Source: Sandaracinaceae bacterium (GTDB taxonomy: Bacteria; Myxococcota_A; Polyangia; Polyangiales; Sandaracinaceae). From it: 16,369 bases of DNA. Every line of letters starts with the position of its first letter. Positions within the stretch are counted from its first letter, which is position 1. The stretch spans positions 103,164 to 119,532 of the forward strand of contig JBGAQA010000009.1 of assembly GCA_044220955.1 (NCBI GenBank), in the 5' to 3' direction. Below the pieces are notes generated by a model. The model did not search any database and had not been told where the DNA came from. It saw nothing but the letters and a program-made list of their open reading frames with translations. This document shows positions 9,103 through 16,369 of this stretch, piece by piece. A program made the translations under genes and the position numbers.

Positions 9103-9474
9103 TCAGTAATTCGCGATCGAGCCGAGATCGTGGACGTGCTCGAAGCCCGCCCCGGTGAGGATCTCACCCGCTTGCTCGCTCCGGTGCCCGGAGAGGCAGT
9201 AGACGACGATCTCGGCGTCGGGGTCGAGCTCTCCGGTGCGGCGCGCGAGCTCGTCGACGGGGATGTTCACGGCGCCGTCGAGGTGGCTCAGCGCGTACTC
9301 GAAGCCGCTGCGGACGTCGAGCAGGACGGCGCCCTCGCGCGCGAGCTCGCGTGCCTCGCGCCCGGTGACGTTCGCCGCGGGCGGGCCCACCGCGGGGGGG
9401 GCTTCGCTCGCGGCGCCGCCGCAGCCCGCGAAGACGACGAGCGCGAGCGCGAGCGCACGGGCCAGAGGCGACAC
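9103..9474 (-). CDS. Rhodanese-like domain lipoprotein
   Basis: LLDVRSGFEY, HLDGAVNIP and active-site loop VYCLSGHRS; lipobox VFAG-C. GTG 9474 is preferred as start (track start 9492). Confidence 0.92.
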   Translation of the reverse strand: MSPLARALALALVVFAGCGGAASEAPPAVGPPAANVTGREARELAREGAVLLDVRSGFEYALSHLDGAVNIPVDELARRTGELDPDAEIVVYCLSGHRSEQAGEILTGAGFEHVHDLGSIANY

Positions 9475-9511
9475 GCCGCGAGCATCCCGCACCCGAGTGG
9501 CGCGCGCACGC

Positions 9512-10717
9512 TCACGGCGGCGGCGGTACCGAGAAGCGCGACCCCGGCGTCACCAGCACGTGCCGCCCTGCGATCGGGGCACCATCGACCACGAGCGGCG
9601 CGTCGGGTGGGGCGGCGAGGGCGGCCTCCGCGCGCGCGACGTACTGATCGACGTTCAGGAGCGGGATCGGCCGGATCGGCTGGTCGCGCGCCTGGAAGAA
9701 GTCCTCCCAGTGGCCCGAGAGCACGAAGCGCGGGTCGAGGTTCAGGATGATGTCGGTCGGCTGGTTGGTCACGGAGTCGTTGCTGCCGACGCACAGGATC
9801 GCGAGATCGACGCGGTGCCCGTCGAGCAGCGCCGCGGGCACCTGCCCGATCGGGCTCGTCGCGGGCGCGTCCTGGTAGTACACGCGGAACGCGACCGATC
9901 CGTCGGCGGCGAGGAAGTCGATCAGGAACGAGATCGTCTGCCCCTCCAGCCAGCCCGAGGCGGCGCGCGGCAGATCGCAGAGGTCGGCGTCGACCGACCC
10001 GGCGCCGAAGTGGATCGGCCCGATCTGCGAGGGGTGCGTCGTGCAGACCGGGACCAGCGAGACGCGGCTGCCGGGGACGTGCGTCCACGTGCCCTCGGTC
10101 GGAGCGCCGGGCGGGAGCTGGTCGAGGCAGTTCGTGTAGTCGACGCGGCTCGCGCCCGGGTCGTCGACCGCGATCACGCGGGCGCGATCGATCACCTCGG
10201 GCGCGGGTGCGCTCGTGCAGGCGGGGTCGCGATCGGGCGCGAGGGCGGCGAAGATGTGCCCTGCGCTCCGGTTCGCGTAGAGCACGGCGCTCGGCGTGAG
10301 CGCGTCCATCACGTGCACGACGTCGAGCAGGTGGTCGTAGTGCGCGTGGCCGCTCACGATCGCGCGCACGGTGGACAGCTCGCTCGAGGCGAGAGCCGCG
10401 TCGATGCCCGTCACGTCGGGACGGATCGGCAGGTTCAGGCTCACGTCGAGGGTCGACTGTCGGGTGAAGAGCGGCGCGGTCATCACCGACTCGCCCCCGT
10501 ACGTGAGCAAGAAGCCCTGCACGCCGAACGCGCGCACCTCGAGGCCCGCCGCCGTACCTCCATCGATCGCCGCCCCGCCGTCGGGGGCCCCGCCGTCCCG
10601 CGTGGTGGCGTCGCCGCCGCCGTCACGGCCCGCTCCGGCGTCCATCCCGGGATCCGCCGCAGTGGCGGTGCAGGCGAGCACGAGCACGGCGCCCACGGCG
10701 ATGGTCCCCCGAGTCAT
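9512..10717 (-). CDS. MBL-fold metallo-hydrolase lipoprotein (401 aa)
   Basis: Lipobox VLA-C, Asp/Gly/Ala linker, FGVQGFLL, metal motif GHAHYDH (HxHxDH) and C-terminal SGHWEDFF. Confidence 0.88.
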   Translation of the reverse strand: MTRGTIAVGAVLVLACTATAADPGMDAGAGRDGGGDATTRDGGAPDGGAAIDGGTAAGLEVRAFGVQGFLLTYGGESVMTAPLFTRQSTLDVSLNLPIRPDVTGIDAALASSELSTVRAIVSGHAHYDHLLDVVHVMDALTPSAVLYANRSAGHIFAALAPDRDPACTSAPAPEVIDRARVIAVDDPGASRVDYTNCLDQLPPGAPTEGTWTHVPGSRVSLVPVCTTHPSQIGPIHFGAGSVDADLCDLPRAASGWLEGQTISFLIDFLAADGSVAFRVYYQDAPATSPIGQVPAALLDGHRVDLAILCVGSNDSVTNQPTDIILNLDPRFVLSGHWEDFFQARDQPIRPIPLLNVDQYVARAEAALAAPPDAPLVVDGAPIAGRHVLVTPGSRFSVPPPP

Positions 10718-10796
10718 GCCGCAGCGATCCGCTCGGAACGCGTCCGGGTCAACGCGGCGGCTTGATCGATCTCACCGATTGGGCAACCATCGAGCG

Positions 10797-11681
10797 ATGC
10801 GCGGGGCCATTTTCTCGTCGATTCTACTGGTAGGTGCATGTGGGTGCTCCAGCGAGGCCCAGCTCGGCGACGCCGGATCAGGATCGGACGCCGGCGGCGC
10901 CGACGCGGCGGCGGCGCCGGACGCGGGCGAGACCGACGGCGCGACCGTCGCGGACGACGCGGCGGTCGCGGGCGACGTGTCGAGCAGCGACGACCTCGAC
11001 CACGACGGTCTCGCCGACGCCGACGAGCTGCGGATGGCGAGCGAGTACCTTCCGTTTCTGTCGCTCAGCCCGACCGACGCGTGTACCCGCAGCGGGATCC
11101 TCTTCCGCATGCGCCCGCACCCCGACGACGCGTCCCGGATCGCCGTGACGATGGTCGTGCTCTACGAGACCGACTGCGGCGCGGGTGGCCACGTCGGCGA
11201 CGACGAGGTCTTCGGGATGACGATCGATCCGACGCGTCCGGCGCCCGAGGGCATCCTCGCGATCCGGACGATCGCGCACCAGAACACCGCGTGCGAGGCC
11301 GTGACCGATTGCGGCGCGGGCTGCGGCCTCGCGGCGTGCACGACGGGGACACGACGCGGCGCCCCGTATCCGATGATCTTCGCGAGCCGCGACAAGCACG
11401 GCTGGTATGCGCACGAGGCGCAGTGCGACAACGCGTGCTTCTTCACGAACCAGTGCGACGTCGCGCCCACGGGCGCGGAGCCGATGGTGCTCAATGCGGG
11501 TGAGCCGGGCTCGCCGCTCGTCAGGAACCTCACGACCGCGGGGATGATCACGGCCGGGAGCGGCTGGACCGAGGCCTCGCTCTTCGACTTCGACCCGTGG
11601 AGCGACATGGACTTCGGCGGCGCGGGCAACGTGACGAGCGATCTCGTCGACGCCGCGTTCCTCACGCCCGTCTGCCCGTAG
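10797..11681 (+). CDS. Cys-rich hypothetical lipoprotein (~294 aa) with a DxDxDG Ca-binding-like motif
   Basis: Start ATG 10797 (MRGAIFSSILLVGACGC) avoids overlap with the divergent MBL gene. Features: DAG-rich linker, DDLDHDGLADADE, GGHVGDDE, SRDKHGWY and many Cys. Confidence 0.75.
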   Translation: MRGAIFSSILLVGACGCSSEAQLGDAGSGSDAGGADAAAAPDAGETDGATVADDAAVAGDVSSSDDLDHDGLADADELRMASEYLPFLSLSPTDACTRSGILFRMRPHPDDASRIAVTMVVLYETDCGAGGHVGDDEVFGMTIDPTRPAPEGILAIRTIAHQNTACEAVTDCGAGCGLAACTTGTRRGAPYPMIFASRDKHGWYAHEAQCDNACFFTNQCDVAPTGAEPMVLNAGEPGSPLVRNLTTAGMITAGSGWTEASLFDFDPWSDMDFGGAGNVTSDLVDAAFLTPVCP

Positions 11682-11685
11682 AGCG

Positions 11686-13089
11686 CTACGCGTCGGACAG
11701 CGACGCGTCGCCGGCCGGCGTGGTCTCGGTGTCGGGGCGCGCGGGCGAGGACGCGGGCCAGAGCAAGACGGAAACGACGAGGAACGCAGCGGCCGCGAGC
11801 CAGAGCGGGAGCGTCCCGCGGGCGCCGCCTTCCGTGGTCGGGCGCTCGACGAGCGCAGCGGCGGCCGCGACGCAGCGCTCGCAGGTCGGGTCGGTGGAGG
11901 CAGCCGCGCGATAGACGTCGGCGTCCAGCGTCCCGTGCGCCAGCATCGCGTCGGCCCGCAGGAAGAGCGCGAGCGCGTCGCGCCGGTCGGCGGCGTGCTC
12001 GGAGAGGGGCAGTCGCGTGGCCCGCGCGAGCGCACGTCGCGCCGTCTCCGCGTCGCCGGCCGCCAGGTCGGCCTCGGCGAGCCTCAGCGCGATGGCTCCG
12101 GCGCGCTCGTCCTCTGGCGAGGGCATGGCCGCGAGCGCCGCGTCGAGCGCCTCGCGCGCCGCCGCGCGATCGCCCGCGACCAGCGCCTGCTCCGCCCTCG
12201 CGAGGTGCGGCTCCGCGATCGCGCTTCGCGCTCGGTCGAGCACCGCGAAGAGCTCGTCGAGCGTCCGACGCCAGCTCCAGTCGCGGCTCGCGTCCTCTCC
12301 CGTGTGGAGGCGGTACGCTTGCCGTGCCACCCAGATCGAGCTCTGGCCGTATGCCGTGAGCGCGTCGCGCGCGCCCTCGCGCAGCGCGCGGCTCTCGGCG
12401 CCGACGTAGGACGAGGCGATCGAGACGGCGCCCATGACGTGGGCGGCCGCGTACGCACGCAGCACGTCGGGGACGAGCTCGGGCTCCAGCGTTCGCACGA
12501 AGCGGCCCGGATCGGCCGTGCCGAAGCGCTCGGCCGACCAGGTGGCCCAGAGCCGCGCCTCGCGATCCGGGTGACCCACGGAGCGGATCACGGTCGCGGC
12601 GAGCCGCGCGTCCAGGCGCATCGTGATCCGCCGCCCCTCGAGGCGCATCCCGTCGCCGCCGAAGCGCATCAGCTCGGGCACGAGCGCGAGCGACTCGACC
12701 GTGTCGATCCGCTCGGCGGCGCGCTCGAGCAGGATGGCGGCGGCGAGGCGCACGGTGGGGCGATCGTGAGCCGTCTCGAGCACGGTGCCGATGCCAGGGG
12801 CGACGTCCACGAGGTCGTCGGCACGACGCGAGCCGACCGCGTGGCGGAACGCGGTGACGATGCGCGTGACCTCGTCGGCCTCGATCACCGGGCGCAGCAG
12901 GCGATCCATGCGCTCGCGCATCGCGGGCACGTCGGCCGGGCCGAGCGCGTCGTAGCCGGCGAGCGCGGCCGCGCGCGCGCTCGTGTCGTCGGACGCGAGG
13001 CCCTGCTCGAGCGCGGGGAGGTCCGCCTGCGCGCTCGCGCTCGAGGCGAGGAGCGTGAGGGCGAGCGTCAGCGCGAGCCGACCCCTCAC
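11686..13089 (-). CDS. Exported alpha-helical repeat (HEAT/TPR-like) protein with a C-terminal membrane anchor (~467 aa)
   Basis: GTG 13089 follows the purine-rich GAGGGCGGAG. Signal peptide MRGRLALTLALTLLASSASA-QA, Ala/Leu/Arg helical repeats (HPDREARLWA, ALREGARDAL, GDRAAAREALDAAL), CERC, then TM segment LPLWLAAAAFLVVSVLLWP. Confidence 0.72.
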   Translation of the reverse strand: MRGRLALTLALTLLASSASAQADLPALEQGLASDDTSARAAALAGYDALGPADVPAMRERMDRLLRPVIEADEVTRIVTAFRHAVGSRRADDLVDVAPGIGTVLETAHDRPTVRLAAAILLERAAERIDTVESLALVPELMRFGGDGMRLEGRRITMRLDARLAATVIRSVGHPDREARLWATWSAERFGTADPGRFVRTLEPELVPDVLRAYAAAHVMGAVSIASSYVGAESRALREGARDALTAYGQSSIWVARQAYRLHTGEDASRDWSWRRTLDELFAVLDRARSAIAEPHLARAEQALVAGDRAAAREALDAALAAMPSPEDERAGAIALRLAEADLAAGDAETARRALARATRLPLSEHAADRRDALALFLRADAMLAHGTLDADVYRAAASTDPTCERCVAAAAALVERPTTEGGARGTLPLWLAAAAFLVVSVLLWPASSPARPDTETTPAGDASLSDA

Positions 13090-13130
13090 CTCCGCCCTCT
13101 GCCCGCTTCGCGAGACGAGGGGAATGGACG

Positions 13131-13409
13131 TCAGGCCGAGATCTCGAAGCTGGCGAACTCGCCCGTGTAGCTGCGCCAGCGGGTGTCCACCTTGTCCACC
13201 CGTGCGGTCGAAGGTCCGTGCTGCGCCCATCCGAGGAAGTCCTTCACCTGGTCTTCTTCGCCCTCGGCGACCACCTCGACCGCACCGTCCGGGCGGTTCT
13301 TCACCCAGCCGGTCAGGCCGAGGCGCCTGGCCTCGCGCACCGACGACTGTCTGAAGTACACGCCCTGGACACGTCCCCGGATCACGAGGTGGATCCGCTT
13401 CTGAGCCAT
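13131..13409 (-). CDS. acyP: Acylphosphatase (92 aa)
   Basis: Signature motifs GRVQGVYFR, LTGWVKNRPDGAVEVVAEG and GPSTARV; strong RBS AGGAGAAGGAAG before ATG 13409. Confidence 0.96.
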   Translation of the reverse strand: MAQKRIHLVIRGRVQGVYFRQSSVREARRLGLTGWVKNRPDGAVEVVAEGEEDQVKDFLGWAQHGPSTARVDKVDTRWRSYTGEFASFEISA

Positions 13410-13531
13410 CTTCCTTCTCCTAACGTCCGCGTCTCGGGGCGGGCAAGAAATCCGCGGGGGAATCTCGCGCGGCTCACGTTTCTTCGCAATGCCGGTGGGG
13501 AAACGAAAGAGATCGGCCAAGCCAGGCGTAT

Positions 13532-13537
13532 TAGACT
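13532..13537 (+). promoter_or_regulatory. Candidate -10 element (TAGACT) upstream of the M48 peptidase-dynamin operon
   Basis: TAGACT lies in a relatively AT-rich divergent intergenic region, 16 nt before ATG 13554. No clear -35 element. Confidence 0.3.
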
Positions 13538-13553
13538 CGGGTCGAACCCGCAC

Positions 13554-14435
13554 ATGAGCGACTTCAGCTTCACGCGCTTCGTCGAGGACGAGAAGGCCGG
13601 TCGTCCGGGCAGGAGCGACGCCGTGCGCTACGCGTACTCGGCGGACGTCGCGATGATGCGCAGCTTCTCTCGCGTGTCCGCCGTCGAGCACGCGGCGTCG
13701 GCGCTCGTGCGCACGAACAAGGAGCTGATGCGCGGGCAGCTGCTCGGCCAGGGCGTCAAGGTCGGCGCGCGCCAGTTCCACAGCATCCAGAAGGTCGCCG
13801 AGCACTGCGCCAGGACGCTCACCGTCCCGGTCCCGCAGATCTACGTGCTCAACAGCCCCGTCGTGAACGCCTACACCTTCGGCACCGACGACCAGTCGTT
13901 CATCGTGCTGCACAGCGCGCTGGTCGACTCGCTGAGCGAGAGCGAGCTGACCTTCGTCATCGGCCACGAGACGGGACACATCCAGAACAAGCACGTCGTC
14001 TACGGCACCGTCCTCATCCTGCTCACCCAGATGGCGTCGGCGTTCGGTGGCTTCTTCGTGGAGCCGGCGCTCTTGCCGCTCCGGGCCTGGTTCCGCCGGG
14101 CCGAGATCACCTGCGATCGCGCCGGGCTGCTCTGCGCGCGCGACGTCGAGGCCGGCACCAAGAGCTTCATGAAGCTCGCCGTCGGTAGCTCGCGCCTCTT
14201 CGCGGAGATGGACGTCGAGGCGTACGTCGAGCAGCTCGAGGAGAGCCGCGGCACGATCGGCCGCTACCTCGAGGCCTTCGCGACGCACCCGTACCTGCCC
14301 AAGCGCATCGAGGCGCTCCGCGCGTTCGCGGAGAGCGAGATCTACCGGTCGTCCATCGGCGAGGCCGGAGGTCTGCCGATCGACGACGTGGACGTGAAGA
14401 CGAGCCGGATCATCAGGATCGACGGAGGGGCGTGA
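13554..14435 (+). CDS. M48 family zinc metallopeptidase (HtpX/Ste24-like, 293 aa)
   Basis: NAYTFG, LTFVIGHETGH (HExxH), RRAEITCDRAG (third ligand Glu) and FATHPYLPKRI. Start ATG 13554; the track extension upstream overlaps acyP antisense. Confidence 0.94.
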   Translation: MSDFSFTRFVEDEKAGRPGRSDAVRYAYSADVAMMRSFSRVSAVEHAASALVRTNKELMRGQLLGQGVKVGARQFHSIQKVAEHCARTLTVPVPQIYVLNSPVVNAYTFGTDDQSFIVLHSALVDSLSESELTFVIGHETGHIQNKHVVYGTVLILLTQMASAFGGFFVEPALLPLRAWFRRAEITCDRAGLLCARDVEAGTKSFMKLAVGSSRLFAEMDVEAYVEQLEESRGTIGRYLEAFATHPYLPKRIEALRAFAESEIYRSSIGEAGGLPIDDVDVKTSRIIRIDGGA

Positions 14436-16279
14436 GCATGGACACGAAGGCCGAGTACCAGGAGAAGCGCCGCGAAGTGCTCTCGTCCTTGCGCGAGGTG
14501 GCGGTGCTCGCGGAGGACGCCGGAGCGGCGACGCTCGCGCGCAAGCTGCGCGAGGACCGGATCCCCAGGCTCGAGGAGGAGAAGTTCCACCTCGTCGTCC
14601 TCGGCGAGTTCAACCACGGCAAGACGACGTTCGTGAACGCGCTGCTCGGCGCGCCCGTCCTGCCGATGGGTGTCACGCCGACGACCGCGGTGATCCACCA
14701 GGTCGTCCACGGCGTGCGCGGGGCGCGTGCGCACTTCAACGAGAGGGCCTACGGCCAATCGGCGATAGGCCCCGTTGGTGAGAAGCGCGAGAACGTCGAG
14801 GCCGCGCCGCGCGTCGTCCCCTTCGACGAGATCGGCGGCTACGTCGTCGGCGGCAACGCGGCGAGCGAGAACGTCCGTTACCTCGAGGTGAGCTACCCGA
14901 GCTCGCTCCTCGAGGGCGGCGTCGTCCTCGTGGACACGCCCGGCGTCAACGACCTCAACTCCACGCGCGCCGAGATCACGTACAGCTACATCCCGCGCGC
15001 CGACGCGGTGCTCTTCCTCCTCGATGCCGGGCAGATCCTGAAGGAGAGCGAGCGCGCGTTCCTCGCGAACAAGCTCCTGGCGCAGTCGCGCGACAAGGTT
15101 CTCTTCGTCATCAACAAGATCGACCTGCTCGACGAGAGCGAGCGCGAAGAGGCGCTGAACTACGCGCGCACGCAGCTCGCCAAGCTCGTGAAGGAGCCGC
15201 GCGTGTACGCGGTGAGCGCGGAGAAGGCGCTCGGGGGCGATCGCGAGGGCTCGGGCCTCATGTCACTCGTCGCCGACCTCACCAAGTTCCTCGCCGAGGA
15301 CCGAGGACGCGTGCTCCTGGACAACGCGCTCGACGAGGGCCTCCGCACGGCAGTGACCCTTCGACGCGGCATCGAGGTCCAGAAGCAGGCGCTCGCGCTC
15401 GATCAGGGCGAGCTCGAGAAGCGCCTGCGGGTGCTCGAGGAGGATCTCAGCTCGAGCGCCGAGGCGGGGGCCAAGCGTGAGGCGAAGATCCGGCAGGATC
15501 TCGCCGCCATCAAGGCGCTCGTCCGCAAGGAGTGCGACGACTTCGGCAAGCGCTTCAGCTCGGCGCTCCCTGCCGAGATCGAGTCCAGCAAGGCCGACGA
15601 CCTCAAGCGCTACCTGCCGGGCTTCATGGAGGAGCGCTTCCGCAGCTTCGCCGACAAGCAGGGTCTCGAGATCGCCAGGCGCATGGAGAAGGTCGCCGAG
15701 GAGGCGATCGCGTTCATCAGCGACGAGGCCCGCGCGCGCGGCGAGAAGATCGCCGACGCCTTCCCCGGCACGCCCCGGGTCGACCTGAACGTGAACACGC
15801 TCGCCTACGACGTCGGCGTCATCGCCCTCGGCGCGTTCGGCCTCACGCTCATGGCGCTCTCGAACCTCTTCGTGGGCGGCGCGCTGCTCGGCGCCGCGCC
15901 GATCCTCGCCTACGTGTTCCGCGGGCGCGCCGATCGCGAGACCAAGAAGCGCGCGCTCGAGGAGGCGCCGGCGGCGATCGAGAAGGCGGCCAAGGAGCTC
16001 GCGACCGCGTTCGAGCGCCAGATCGACGAGTTCGGCGACAAGCTGGTCGACTTCGTGAAGGGCGCCAGCGAGGAGGTCACCCGCTCGATGGCGGAGGTCG
16101 TGCGCCACGCGAGCCACGCGAAGGCCGAGGGCGAGGGTGAGACGCTCCGCGTGCGCGAGGAGGCCGGCATGGCGCTCGCGCGGCTCGGGGCGGTGGAGCA
16201 GAAGATGGGCGCGCTTCGCACGGCGCTCTGGGCCAACGGCACGGGCACGGGCGGCGACGGCGACCCTCAGCCGAACTGA
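14432..16279 (+). CDS. Bacterial dynamin-like GTPase (DLP/BDLP family, 615 aa)
   Basis: G1 GEFNHGKT, G2 PTT, G3 DTPG and G4 NKID; long helical stalk; hydrophobic paddle GVIALGAFGLTLMALSNLFVGGALLGAAPILAYVF. GTGA overlap with the peptidase stop (alternative ATG 14438). Confidence 0.95.
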   Translation: MSMDTKAEYQEKRREVLSSLREVAVLAEDAGAATLARKLREDRIPRLEEEKFHLVVLGEFNHGKTTFVNALLGAPVLPMGVTPTTAVIHQVVHGVRGARAHFNERAYGQSAIGPVGEKRENVEAAPRVVPFDEIGGYVVGGNAASENVRYLEVSYPSSLLEGGVVLVDTPGVNDLNSTRAEITYSYIPRADAVLFLLDAGQILKESERAFLANKLLAQSRDKVLFVINKIDLLDESEREEALNYARTQLAKLVKEPRVYAVSAEKALGGDREGSGLMSLVADLTKFLAEDRGRVLLDNALDEGLRTAVTLRRGIEVQKQALALDQGELEKRLRVLEEDLSSSAEAGAKREAKIRQDLAAIKALVRKECDDFGKRFSSALPAEIESSKADDLKRYLPGFMEERFRSFADKQGLEIARRMEKVAEEAIAFISDEARARGEKIADAFPGTPRVDLNVNTLAYDVGVIALGAFGLTLMALSNLFVGGALLGAAPILAYVFRGRADRETKKRALEEAPAAIEKAAKELATAFERQIDEFGDKLVDFVKGASEEVTRSMAEVVRHASHAKAEGEGETLRVREEAGMALARLGAVEQKMGALRTALWANGTGTGGDGDPQPN

Positions 16280-16309
16280 AGAGCTGTCCCGAGATCGGGA
16301 CGGCTCTTC
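16278..16309 (+). terminator. Terminator-like hairpin directly after the dynamin stop
   Basis: GAAGAGCTGTCCCG-AGAT-CGGGACGGCTCTTC forms a 14-bp stem with one G-U pair. There is no clear U-tract. Confidence 0.55.
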
Positions 16310-16333
16310 TCGCGGAGCGATACGAGGGGGAGG

Positions 16334-16360
16334 CTCCATCGGGATTCACTCCCGATGGAG
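16334..16360. repeat. Perfect 11-bp inverted repeat, possibly part of a REP-like element cut by the window edge
   Basis: CTCCATCGGGA-TTCAC-TCCCGATGGAG, with GAGGGGG occurring both upstream and at the 3' arm. Confidence 0.6.
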
Positions 16361-16369
16361 GGGGCCGCG

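Noticed and set aside
9236..10765. 509-aa plus-strand ORF and similar overlapping ORFs (11935-13170, 15263-16339, 10878-12035)
   Set aside because: They lie antisense to genes with clear motifs or signal peptides and have no independent support.
13410..14288. Long N-terminal extension on acylphosphatase
   Set aside because: Mostly antisense to the M48 peptidase; a strong RBS precedes ATG 13409 and gives the canonical ~92-aa size.

Overview
Very GC-rich bacterial chromosomal window. The gene content (FHA-GAF sigma54 activator, many Cys-rich lipoproteins, M48 peptidase-dynamin pair) suggests Myxococcota, possibly Polyangiales; this is an inference. About 17 CDS are supported. On the minus strand, an FHA-GAF-AAA+-HTH enhancer-binding protein is followed by a consensus sigma54 -24/-12 element and two translationally coupled lipoproteins. 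Next come a VOC protein with a histone H1-like tail, a hypothetical protein, an AlkZ/YcaQ-like winged-helix protein and bamD. These are followed by an orphan aryl-polyene-type ACP plus COG4648 membrane protein, rhodanese and MBL-fold lipoproteins, a Cys-rich lipoprotein, a HEAT/TPR-like membrane-anchored protein and acylphosphatase. The window ends with a coupled M48 peptidase and bacterial dynamin-like protein, then hairpins. I saw no rRNA, tRNA, CRISPR array or transposase. The most notable observations are the sigma54 element inside the apparent N-terminus of the lipoprotein gene behind the activator, a palindromic rare-codon in-frame insert in the dynamin GTPase domain, the peptidase-dynamin pair, and a possible genotoxin-protection module. 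Many long ORFs in the supplied track are antisense shadows, and several starts were reassigned by eye.
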